Origin: Octopus sinensis
Lineage: Eukaryota
Reading direction: 5' to 3'
NCBI RefSeq assembly: GCF_006345805.1
Contig: NC_043006.1
Location: forward strand, 62,806,001-62,870,000
DNA length: 64,000 nucleotides
Part shown: one piece after another, positions 1 through 11,200 of the stretch
Layout: every line of letters begins with the position of its first letter
Numbering within the stretch: position 1 is the first letter of the stretch
Program-made: the position numbers and the translations under genes
Notes under the pieces: generated by a model
Databases searched by the model: none
What the model saw: only the letters and a program-made list of their open reading frames with translations
What the model was told of the DNA's origin: nothing

Positions 1-860
1 TTGAGAAGAGAGTACGTGGGTACTTGGCACGAAAAACACAAACCATAGAAAGTATTGATCATGTCAAAAGCTTGGTAGCGACTACCGACATGTTTATGAC
101 ACCTAGCATCGAATGATACCTGCATGCACATCAAAAAAGAGACATTCCCACCAAGTACACCAAGTTCCTACCACAAAAAATATTGACAAACAAAAAATAT
201 ATGCTGTACATCTGAAGATATCAACCACACTCGCAGTCTGCCATGTCTTTCCAAAGTTGCTTAGTCAAATCCTCGGCCATGGCTTCACAGTGCCGTATAA
301 CCGTACTTCCTGATAGCTGAAGAGCTTTGATTGAATATAGTATTTCTGGTTTGTTTTTAAAGTCTCGGAATAAAGTGTCTGCCACTTTTACCATCTCTCC
401 TTCTTGGAAGGATTTATTGTTCTTAACGATAAAGGGGCTCACCTGGAACGATGCTTCGGTAACTGCCTTTGCTTTTGAAGTTAGCTGTGTGAAAAATGAC
501 TACTGTCCGAACAACTGGCGTTTTAGTTCCTTCTCCTTTCTCTTTCTCAGCTTTTCGGAGGGGATTCAGTGTCATTGTTTTTATGATCACTCCGAAAATG
601 CCGATCCACATTTCCCTTCTTCGGAATAGCAGATGAGGCAAACGCACTTCAAATATAACATTGTGAAAACAATTCCTCCTCGAACTCCGTATGGAAGTGG
701 TAGGATTTTGGTTCTTACTTGGTCCAGCTCCCCCACTCATTTTTATATACTTTTTTTAAGTTTAGAAGAAATACACTGACGGCTAAATAGGTCAGATGTA
801 AGATTGGCTGACCTGTATGTCAATGAAGTGTCAAATTTCATAGTGTATATGGCACCCCTG
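1..860 (-). mobile_element. hAT DNA transposon remnant (Charlie/SPIN-type, GTF2IRD2/EPM2AIP1-like transposase N-terminus), internally deleted; other end probably outside the window
   Basis: Minus strand 740->221 reads with frameshifts MSGGAGPSK.PKSYHFHTEF...KCVCLIC (BED-like)...KSFQEGEMVK..DTLFRDFKNKPEI...LQLSGSTVIRHCEAMAEDLTKQLWKDMADCEC. Terminus CAGGGGTGCC (reverse complement of 851-860) is followed by AGCTAGGT, a CTAG-core target typical of Charlie-type hATs. Confidence 0.8.
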
Positions 861-1703
861 AGCTAGGTGTTAAATAACAATTTCTTTGAATAAAATAGTA
901 AAATTGAGTTTATCATTTAATCATTTAATGAGTAAATTATTTAATTGTTCAATTTATAGTTTTGGTTCCCATTTCTAATTTATGTGTGTGTGTGCGTGTT
1001 AGTATGTTAGTGTGTGTGAAAGAGAGTGTGTGTACGCGCGAGTGTGTATACTTTTATGCTTATATGTCTAAATCAATAAATGCACACATGTATACACACA
1101 CATACATATGTATATGTACATATATACATACATATATATATATATATATATAATATTATATATATATATGTATATATATATGCATATATACATACGTATA
1201 CATGTAAGTATGTAAGTACATGTATGAATATATGCATATATACACGTATTGTTTATATTATTATATGATTGAACGCTACCCATCCTTTTCCAAGTAAGTT
1301 TTATCTCTCTCTGTATATATACAATTGCAGCGTGGAAGTTGTTTATAAGCACACAAAAAACCGTGATGCTAACTTCAGCATTTAAATCTAATTTGTGCCA
1401 AAATATCTTCGAGTTTTATATATGAATGTTACTCTATCGAAGGTTGTATATATGTAAGTTCCTCTCACCACCGTCTAACGTGGAATGGATACGTCATAGA
1501 TACATACATGCAAATATAAGCCTACCTATGCATATGTACAAGCACACACAATCATATAAACATGTATACACATACATATATGCGTATAATCGTAAAGTAT
1601 ACACCTAGATATGCTTATCCATCTACACATATATGTCATTATTTTCACTGACAACGGTTAAATTCAAATACCTATATTATGTACATATTTACATATGTAC
1701 ATA

Positions 1704-1754
<51 letters not shown>

Positions 1755-1989
1755 TACCCATATATGCATGTATACACACACTCATACACACACATACTCA
1801 CATACACATACAGATAAACGTACACACACATGCATACGCACGCTAAAATACATATACATATACACATAGGCACATATTAATCTACGTACACTCATACGAC
1901 TGTATATATAATTATATATGTATTTCAGCATCATGCATCTTAATGTGTATGTATAGATTTCTACATGTTAATGAGAGAAAGGGGTGATT

Positions 1990-2420
1990 ATAGATGGGTA
2001 CTCCCGAGTGAAAGCCGGGTGTCACCCCATTCGGATTTACGGTTGAGGGTGGGTTTTTATCCTTGTATATAGACAACTTCGGTGACTTGTCTCAGCATTG
2101 CATCAGTGGGCTGTGTAGATAGGATGTGTAACCTAAGACCCCTTAAGGAACTATTGTGGAAGTTTACAGCATGCTGATAGAAGATGAAGCTTGCATGCTT
2201 GTTTGTTTTTTTTCCAATACAGTTGTCTAGTTGTTCTTTGAACCTATTATTAATGCTCCAAGAAGTCTCACTAATACAGGACTCCGGGATTATCGCGCAA
2301 GTCACTTCCTGGCACTTAATCTGGCATACAGTCCTTTTCTTTTTGCAGTTAGCATGTGGGTTTGTAGAACAAACTACACAATTATTCCGGCACGTGGTTT
2401 TGTCAAATGGGTACGACTTA
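1990..2420 (-). mobile_element. Penelope-like element 3' fragment (GIY-YIG endonuclease, decayed)
   Basis: Minus strand reads CVVC..NPHANCKKKRTVCQIKC..(SCISETSWSINNRFKEQ = YIGET.R...RF.EH)...QHAVNFH...LRLHILSTQPTDAMLRQVTEVVYIQG*KPTLNRKSEWG, the typical PLE C-terminal GIY-YIG pattern (ORF 2057..2305). Confidence 0.75.
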
Positions 2421-2709
2421 CTTAATACAAAATAATTATTTTCATAAATTCTTTGAATAATCGCTACTGTAAAAGTGTAACGATGAAAACATTACTGAAT
2501 AAAAAACGAAAATATGAGAAACCTGGAGGTTACAGGAAAGGGGAAAGTGATGTTGGGATTCTGAGAACTAAATTAGATACTTTAACCACACGGGCGAAAG
2601 AGTAAGACTGTTTTTATTCATTTGGTATGTAAGCATGCATGTAACATATACTATTGGACTGAGAAATTCTCGGCATTCTTGATACACATTTCCCATTAAT
2701 TGCTATTAT

Positions 2710-3410
2710 TCATGGCATTTTAAGCCTTTTCATAGTGCTTCCAGAAAACGGTTGATGTAGTTAGTTCTTTTTGTTGGTCAACATCTTCCCGGTGTATCAT
2801 GGGAATATTGTCTCAGAAGAACTTCATTTACTAGCTCCTCCTTATTATGTCAACCGTGACCAATATATTTCAACCTGTACTTTCCTATTCTCTATGTCCA
2901 CTGTTGTTCTTCGTTAGTCATATGTTGACACCATGAGAGATTTAGAACAGCTCAGAACATTATGGACAATCTGTCATTTAGAGATATTCATGTTTATGGG
3001 AGCTGTAAAGGTCCATGTTATCAAACCATAAAACACAATTGATTAAGCTGAGACTTTGAAGAAGTGTATTTCAATTTTACTCTAATACTAGGTTTCTACA
3101 TCTTATCCAAGCATTTACGTTCTCTACATTCATTTCAAATCCTAATTTCCACAGCACTTTTCGACCTGTAGTCCTGTACATTTTTTATTTCGTCTCTATT
3201 GAGAGAGAACAAGCTTTTAGTTCAATCTTGGTTGTAAAACATATATTCTGAACAGCCTGTGAATGCGATAATGACGATATATCAGAATATATCGGGGAAA
3301 CTTAATTCTTTAATGTCACTCTTGATGTGCTTCAAAGCTATACAGTCGTATCGAACCGTTTCACCATATTCCTCTATCATGTACTAAGAAAACCATTCAA
3401 GTAAAAATCT
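2710..3410 (-). mobile_element. Heavily decayed RTE-type LINE, RT C-terminal region
   Basis: Hand translation of the minus strand gives ..MF*AVLNLSWCQHMTNEE..RLKYIGH.., matching the RTE post-RT motif RMLRAVLNISW.QH.TNEELY...RL...GH; many stops and indels. Confidence 0.45.
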
Positions 3411-3628
3411 AACCCAAGTGTGAATCTTTCAGAGAAAAAAGTAATAGTTATGCTAAGAAAGAAAATTGCAGTTATCCATCTTGCAATAATCAATGATGCC
3501 CGTATCATCATATAATGAAATTGGACTATATGTCAAAGCTGCTATGATATTCATATACGTGAGTGTGTGGGCTGTGAGTGTGTGCATATATGCACACACC
3601 ACACACACATACCTATACATATATATGC

Positions 3629-3664
<36 letters not shown>

Positions 3665-3689
3665 TATTATTATTATATTATTATTATTA

Positions 3690-3737
<48 letters not shown>
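3629..3737. repeat. (ATT)n microsatellite
   Basis: Directly visible near-perfect ATT run. Confidence 0.95.
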
Positions 3738-3830
3738 TAACTAGACTCGTGAACGGAAAATATAAAAATGTAAGCATCTGTAAATTGTGTGTTGATGCCA
3801 TATGAAATGTTTCTATATTGTAACAGTTGA

Positions 3831-4190
3831 AGGCGGCGAGGTAGCAGAAACGTTAGCACGCCGGGCGAGAATGCGTAGCCGTATTTCGTCTCCCGTTATG
3901 TTCTGAGTTCAAATTGCGCCGAAGTCGACTTTGCCTTTCATCCTTTCGGGGTCGATTAAAAAAGTACCAGTTACGCACTTATCTGTCCTTCTTTGTCCTC
4001 TCTTTGTTTAGCCCCTTGTGGGTAGTAAAGAAATAGGTATTTCGTCTGTCTTTACGTTCAGAGTTCAAATTGCGCCAAGGTCGACTTCACCTTTCATCTT
4101 TTGCGGTCGGTAAATTAACTACCAGTTCCGTACTGGTGTTGATCGGCTGCCCCCACCCAAGTTTCAGGACTTGTGCCTATAGTAGAAAAG
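3831..4190 (+). mobile_element. Octopus-type SINE, head-to-tail dimeric copy
   Basis: The module GTATTTCGTC..GTTC(T/A)GAGTTCAAATTGCGCC..GTCGACTT..CCTTTCATC occurs twice; homologous to copies at 29639, 36975, 38392 and 47660. Confidence 0.75.
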
Positions 4191-4361
4191 TACATTGCGA
4201 CAGTTATAGAATAACGAATGAAATGTAAAACCGATAACTATATAATCCAACCTAAATATCTCGGTTACTCAAGCGTAAACGGAACTAACTATTTAGCCTT
4301 AAAGAACATCGTACATATTCAGAGAACCCTCTTGGTTTATTGGTACAGAAGGTTTTTATCG

Positions 4362-4580
4362 TACTCTTTTACTTGTTTCAGTCATTTGACGATGGCCATG
4401 CTGGAGCACGACCCTTTAGTCACGACCCTTTAGTCGACGAAATTGAGGCCCGGACATATTCCCTGTAAGCCTGGTTCTTATTCTTTCAGTCTCTTCTGCT
4501 GAACAGCTAAGTTACAGGGAGGCAAACACGCCAACATTGGTTGTCAAGCAATGGTGGTGGGGGAGGACAAATACTGGCAC
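4362..4580 (-). mobile_element. Octopus-type SINE 3' tail fragment
   Basis: Reverse complement shares ..GCTCCAGCATGGCC..TCAAATGACTGAAACAAGTAAA with 15190-15405, 61875-62010 and 62540-62745; internal 14-bp duplication ACGACCCTTTAGTC. Confidence 0.6.
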
Positions 4581-4667
4581 AATTCACACATATAAATATA
4601 TACATATATACATACATATATAAATATATAAGAAACAGGAAATGTTATATATATATATACATGCATA

Positions 4668-4975
4668 TATGGGTACAGGACTTCACCAATGATTCAAACA
4701 ACATGAAATACGTAAACAACGAGAAAAATGGAGAACAGCAGAAGTAAACACAGGGAAAGGACCCTTCATCAGTCTATTTACTCTTCATTTCGAGCATTCA
4801 AACACAATATGAGTCTTCAAAGACAGTTGGTCCCATGAATTCTAAAATAAAATTTAGGATTTATAGAGGGTCAATTTTGGGAAAAAGAACATGACAGTGG
4901 AGACATACAAGGAAACTGAACAAAATCAAACATGGAGAGTCGTTAGACCAGAACAAGAGGAAAATAGTGAACACT
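4668..4975. repeat. Dispersed repeat (probable PLE terminal-repeat family), copy 1
   Basis: GTACAGGAC..CACCAA..TTCAAACAA.ATGAAATACGTAAACAA..GAGAAAAATGGAGAACA..AAGGAC.CTTCATCAGT recurs at 6593-6730. The PLE assignment is inference. Confidence 0.5.
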
Positions 4976-5360
4976 GTGAGAAGTGTCTTTTCTTTTAGAG
5001 AAGAGAAAAGATAGAAGAGAGACGAAAACATCTTTTGAACGTCTGTGCAAGAATATATAAATGGTCAAGTGAGGTAAAAAAGATGGGCGATGGTCACGTG
5101 TGAGCAACGAGAGAGAGAGAGAGAGAGAGAGCAAAAAAAATAAAAGTGGAGGAGTGAGACAGATAGAAAATGGTGAAAGCCGGAGGGGGAAAAGGGAATT
5201 AGAGAAGAATGGTGCAAGAAAAAGTATACAAAAGAGAGTCGCATCAAAAAGATGAAGATAAACTTATTGGAAATGGATGCTTGGCGTTCAATTGAATAAT
5301 AAATAGTAAATCATATATAGTCTATACATACACACACACACACACACACATACATATATA

Positions 5361-6531
5361 TCTCTTATTATAAAAGGCAGATTTTATCTGCCTCCCTTTG
5401 GGAGTTATACAAATCTACAATATAGGATTTCTTCAATTACAATTTACCTAGCAGTTTTAAGAGTACAATGCATCGCGTCATGCCAGGTCCAGTTTTTAAA
5501 ATTTAAACTCCAATTAAGCAAAATTTACAGAAAACTCACATTCTGGTGTGTGTGTCAAATGCTTTTCTTAGTCTGGTTTACACCACACGCAAACGCACAC
5601 AGACAGTGGGCAACGAATAAAATGAAAGTAAATGTAATATTTGTTTCTGTCTATCACGCTGATAGATACATGAGTAAAATGTATGGGAAGCTAACAGATA
5701 ACAGTGAGTGAAAATGTTCTTGGAAGAGAGTAAATTAGCGACAGTGATTTGAGGAAGACTAAACTGAAACTATCAAACAGTGTTTATGTATAAACAGCCG
5801 ACACTTATATAAACCCTTTCGTTACCAAACCGCCCGAATTTACCTATTCATATTTAAATGAGAATATCAGAGTAAATCTCTTTAGTACATTCGTGAAAAC
5901 ACGTATTATACTTCGTAAACACTTCAAATACAGTTTTGTACAAAAATCGAAGTGTAATTTTAATTCCGTGAATTATGGGAGATTTTTTTCCGAAATTTGT
6001 TCCTATTGTGTTTTCAAAATTTGTAATTCTGACAAAAAATGGATACGAATTTCATTATATCAAGCAGCGAGTCAGAATTCGAAGGATTTTCTACTGAAGA
6101 CCTTCATAAATCTAACTCTATGACTGAAAAAAAAAGCATCTTTATATAGAGTGAAGTTTTGTGTCTGTCCCCTTCGATTTACATTCGTAATTACTCCCAC
6201 ATTTTGCGGTGCAGTTTAACCAAAAGCGGGTATCTTATAGTCGTGATTCATATCGAGCCCTTCTGGGTATTAGCGCGCGTCTACGATGAGTCTACGATTT
6301 TAAAAAATTTACCATCATATTTTTCCATTTTAATGCATTTTTTTCGCTTTTATATAAGGGAAGTAACTCTCTAAAAATATCTACGATGTGTCAACGATTT
6401 AAAAAAAAATTACCTTAATTTTTTTTCAATTTTTAATGCATTTTTTTTGCTATTTTTTGGCTATAACTCTCTAAAAATGCTTATATAGTTATTTCCCTTA
6501 CAACCCGAGCAACGCCGGGCGATACTGCTAG
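5361..6531 (+). mobile_element. Non-autonomous Helitron (1171 bp)
   Basis: Host A|TCTCTTATTATAAAAG 5' end; 3' end CCCG-A-GC-AAC-GC-CGGG hairpin (6504-6519), then CTAG (6528-6531)|T; no TSD, inserted between A and T. These are the canonical Helitron termini. Confidence 0.8.
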
Positions 6532-6592
6532 TATATATATATTATATATATATATACATATATATAGATAGATAGATATATATACATGCATA

Positions 6593-6730
6593 TGTGAGTA
6601 CAGGACGTCACCAACGGTTCAAACAATATGAAATACGTAAACAAATGTGTTAAATATGTGAACAACGAGAAAAAATGGAGAACAAGACAAATAAACACAG
6701 AGAAAGGACTCTTCATCAGTTGTCAGCTAT
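6593..6730. repeat. Dispersed repeat copy 2 (homologous to 4668-4790)
   Basis: Direct sequence similarity to 4668-4790. Confidence 0.55.
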
Positions 6731-7282
6731 CTATATATGTATATGTATATATATGATGGGCTTGGAGGTGGTGGTCATGTTGGTTGGTGCTATTTTGTGG
6801 TTTGCTGGTTGCGGAGAGAGATCCATCTCTCTTTCTCATATTTTCCAAGTACAGCTGCCTTTGCTCTTGGCACATGTTTTCTCGGTTCTGTTGATTTATA
6901 TCTCTCTTATTTTGAAAATGCACCTCTTTTTGGTCCTGGCTCATTTGTTCTATCCTTTTTTCATTTCTTTCTCTCTTATGCTATAGGATACGCTCCCTCT
7001 CCTCTTAGCTTATTCCGTTTCTTTTCTGTCTCATCCTCGCGCAATTTTGATTCCTTATTTGATTCCCGCTGTTCCTCGCGCAACTGTCCTCTCCTTCCCT
7101 GCTGACGCTTTCGTGCTGTGTTCCCCATGCGATTATCCCTAATTTTAAAAGTCCTAACCAAAACAGTTATATTCTAACTTAGCAAAATATGTAGAAAGAG
7201 AAAGTTGCGTTTTTCCACCTCGTGACATTCATTATCGCACACACACACACACACACATACATACATTCACATATGTATGTCA

Positions 7283-8100
7283 ATCTGCAGAGGAATTGGA
7301 AAGAGTTGGATGAGTCTAATAGTGATTACAAAAGTACGACTACTCGGAAAACTCAGCTCGCTTTGATAAGAAAAGAACTCGTGGATTTGTTGGTGAGATC
7401 CAGGTCATGATCGTCAACAATCTTTCCAAGTCACTCAGGTCCATCGCCAGGAACATGGGAGAGCCTGAATTCCTTATCATGCAGGTAGTGCATGAAGACA
7501 TTCGGTATTCCTCATGAGAAAGGGCCAATTTTATGCCAAGCCATCAAGGCTAAGAGGAAAGTCCGCACTACGAAGCTTTTGAACCAACTCAAACACCCCC
7601 TCCTTCGAACATGATTTGGTTTTTCTCAGACGAGAAAAAATTCTGCGAGGATCAGATGGTGAACACACAGAACAACCGTTGGCTTGCCGTATCCCCAAAG
7701 CATGTACCGAGAGTGATAATAAACAAACATCCTGTCAACATCATGGTGTTTGGAATGATAACTAGTGATGGCCCTATGCCTCCATTCATCTTCCCACCCA
7801 CCTCAGACTAAACACGGAGGTCTACATCAAATGCCTGGAGGAGATAGTGCTGCCCTGGGTCAAGAAGGTTGCTGCTGGAAGACCCTATGTGTGGTAGCAG
7901 GAATCTGCACCATCCCACACAAACAGGATTACTCAGGCATGGTTGTCAGACAATTTCTGCGACCATATCACCCCTAATTTCTGGTCACACAAATCCACAG
8001 ACTGTAAGCTATTGATTATTATGTGTGGGGCGCAGTTGAGCGAGTGACGAACAAAACTCATTGTAACACCAAAGATGAAGTGAAGGCAAGGATTATGCAT
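7283..8100 (+). mobile_element. Tc1/mariner superfamily DD37D (maT-type) transposase pseudogene
   Basis: WFFSDEKKF..DQMVNTQNNRWLA...IMVFGMITSDG.MPPFIFP...YIKCLEEIVLPWVKKVAAGRPYVW*QESAPSHT...W....DC...DYYVWG; spacing from the second to the third catalytic position is about 37 aa allowing one frameshift. Confidence 0.8.
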
Positions 8101-8629
8101 TTCCATAATCCTTATTCAACAGTAAGGGGTGCTATTTTTTTTAGAGATATTCTGTCTTCCCACATAGCCTTCTCATAAACTAACGGCGACTGCCGCATAG
8201 AGTTAAATTGCTATGGCGCTTTTTGAAGATACGTATAGCTTTCGCTAGTGGAAGCAAAATTCGGTGAAGTTATGACGTAAGCACGTGCTTATATTTCACG
8301 GATATTTGTCTTCATTTTGATTCTGTCTTCTGCATAATGGAATTGATTATTTATGCAAAAAAAGAAAAATTTGATTCCTACCCCACCCACACATTTTTTT
8401 TTAATTCGTGGTTTTAAAATACAGACAATCCGGATCTGCCAATCGTTTCTCGTTATAATTTCCAAACAATTATTTAAATGCTTCAAAATCAAAACTGCGT
8501 AAATATGTGTGCCAGAAACAGTAGTTAAAAATTAAGGAAATAGATTTTTGGGAGATCTCATATTATGACTGACTTTTATTCCATTATTCAAATATCTTCT
8601 GCAACGTATATGTGTGTATATATATATAT

Positions 8630-8808
8630 TTTTTTCCTCCGTCTTTCCTTCTCTGGATAATTTTTCCTTTTCCTATGTTTCTGATGAAGAGCTCCGCTCG
8701 AAACGTTAAACCCTCCTTCTTTCCTTCTTTCCTGAGCGTCCAATAATACTATATTTGTTCCACGTCCTCGCGTTGTTGTGCTTTTTTGTGCTTTCATGTC
8801 TGGATTAA
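8630..8808 (+). mobile_element. PLE-type terminal repeat fragment carrying a minimal hammerhead
   Basis: Near-identical inverted copy at 18750-18965; contains CTGATGA-A-GAGC-TCC-GCTC-GAAACGTT. Confidence 0.6.
8677..8711 (+). ncRNA. Minimal type I hammerhead ribozyme motif
   Basis: Stem I GTTT(8677-80)/AAAC(8708-11), core CTGATGA (8681-87) plus an extra A, stem II GAGC/GCTC, GAAA, palindromic ACGT helix III, GUU site. Confidence 0.55.
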
Positions 8809-9114
8809 CTCTCTCTCTATATATATATACATGTATAAATGCACACAGAAACATATATAGATATATGCACACACACGTACATTTTTACAGAGTTAGTTTT
8901 ATGTTCATCCTTGTATATATATAAATGTTTCGGCATATCAACACAATCGTGCCCCAAATATTTGCTTTCTGCATAACCTTGAGAAAATTGAATATTTCTT
9001 AATGAAATTTTCTACAAACATGCTTCAGATCGTGTAGATTCCGATTAAATTGGAATTTGTAGTAAAAACCGTTAGTCACTAAAGGAGTTTTTAAAAAATC
9101 ACCCCATTAGCTTT

Positions 9115-9161
<47 letters not shown>

Positions 9162-10300
9162 ATATTATATATATACGTGGGGTATACATATGTTTTAATT
9201 ATATCTATATGCACGTATATAAACACATAAAAACCGGTACACCGTCGGTTACGACGATCACAAGTATCCAAAACTTCTTCACCAATTCTTCCAACTTCAT
9301 TGTTTTTCCCCTTGAAACGAAGAATTTCATCTACTTGGACTATATGTCGTACTACTGTAAGACTGTCTGTCTGCCAATGTTGTTTTTAAACATGCAGTAT
9401 GTCACTGGCATTTCACATATGATGTTCAGGATTATGTGAAAAAGTGTGAAGACCGCTAATTGACTTATTTTGCATAAATGTATTAAAAGATTATTTGGAA
9501 ATTATAAAAAGACATGAGTGGTAGATTCAGACTGTCCGCATATTAAAACAGAGGTCTTAAAAAGTGTCGGCGTGGGGATTTAAAAACAAATTTGCATAAT
9601 TGTATTAATTCCATTATGCAGAAGACAGAATCGAAAAAATGTATAAAAATTCACAAAAATAAAAAAAATGTTATGGGGGATTTTAGCACGTGCTTACATC
9701 AGAACTCCGCCCAAGACACTTATTTAAATGTTGATCCTTTGGGACTAATCATATGTGATTGTTTAAAAAAGGTGAGAACGACAATGCTAAAACGTATTTG
9801 AAATAATGGTTAACAGTCGAAATAATATAATGCATGGGTAAATAAGCAACCTTAAATTGAAACAACGCATTCGTAGGTAAACAAATGTATCAAGAAATAG
9901 AAGAGAGGGCAGGGAACATCACCTTTAAGTTACTGAGAATAGGTAAAATTAAACTTGGCTGAGTTTAATGCAGTTTAAATATGGAGATTAAGATTGTCAC
10001 TGGATATTCATCGCGTACAGTGTTCCTAGTCAATTTCATAAACGTCGCAGGTAGACAGTCAAAATAAATATATACACAAAATCCTTCACTTTTATAAAAA
10101 GATTAGAAACGTAAACGTATGGAAGGCCCTACATACACGGAAAAAACTATGTCCATTTACGCGGTAGATCTGGGCAAAGTGTTATAGTATATGACCATTC
10201 TGGGACATAAGTAATGTGTGTGTAAAGTTTGGTGAAAATTGATTGAGAATAGTGGAACGTATGCGTTAGTCATTGTACGCACACATACTGTGATTTATAT

Positions 10301-10339
<39 letters not shown>

Positions 10340-10441
10340 GGAGAGAGAGAGAGAGGAGAGAGAGAGAGACAGACACAGACAGACAGACAGATGGACGGAC
10401 AGATGGATTTATGCATATATATATATATATATATAATATAA

Positions 10442-10472
<31 letters not shown>

Positions 10473-10474
10473 AT

Positions 10475-10790
10475 AGAATATAGGGAATAAATCCAAACTT
10501 ACAGGGAAAAAAAATAGATTTAGGAAATCGAATTTTATAGTAAAATATATATTATATTATATTAAATTAGAGATAAAACCACTATTAGGCAAATCAAACA
10601 ATAAAAACATAAGCCAATACATAATTAATTAATTTATATTATTTAAATATATATCAAAAGTATTAAAAAGTTATAAAAGATAAAAAGAAAAAACACTATG
10701 ATCGTTTCATGCTGTACAATTCGTAATAATTCGAGTTATGGTTACAGTCAATCTTCAGGTTAATTGAAAATTTATCTTAGCGAGGTTTAT
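10475..10790 (-). mobile_element. Probable PLE terminal repeat with decayed hammerhead
   Basis: Minus strand CTGAAGA-TTGACTGTA...TACAGCAT-GAAACGATC within an AT-rich repeat-like block. Confidence 0.4.
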
Positions 10791-11018
10791 AGAATATGTT
10801 GGAGATGAGAATGTAACATAGTTGGAGGGAGAGAGATGTTGAGATTGTTATTTTTAAATATTCATGAACAAATGAATTTGCGCAAGGAATGCAAGCATAT
10901 ATAACTAAAATACTAATGTGTCGGTCTATACAGTGGGGGTATTCAATGTTTCCCACGATAGTTTATAAATATTTTTTACTTTAACTCCATCTATATACAG
11001 ACATAAAAATATATGTAT

Positions 11019-11064
11019 TTATGCATATATACACATATGCACATGCACACACACACACACACAT

Positions 11065-11104
<40 letters not shown>

Positions 11105-11200
11105 GTACGTGCGTGTATGTGTGTATATACATACATACATACATACATACATACATACATACATACACATACATACATACATACATACATACATACATAC
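11019..11200. repeat. Compound (CA)n/(TA)n/(TACA)n microsatellite
   Basis: Directly visible. Confidence 0.9.

Noticed and set aside
962-1873. ORFs rich in Y/I/M/C/V/H/T (also 10981-11911, 17214-17449, 19549-19952, 49761-50307, 59149-59596 and others)
   Set aside because: Translations of (TA)n, (CA)n and (TACA)n microsatellites; no coding signal.
4760-4830. Possible hammerhead on the minus strand (TTGAAGA..GCTCGAAA..CTGATGA), also near 6705-6720
   Set aside because: Core-like words are present, but I could not pair stem II and stems I/III consistently as type I or type II.
6730-7190. Charged minus-strand ORFs 6723..6944 and 6976..7161
   Set aside because: No recognisable domain or splice evidence; possibly a LINE ORF1 relic but unsupported.
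9820-10410. Possible Helentron/DINE-like element ending in (GACA/GACG)n
   Set aside because: Only the microsatellite and general look support it; no termini identified.
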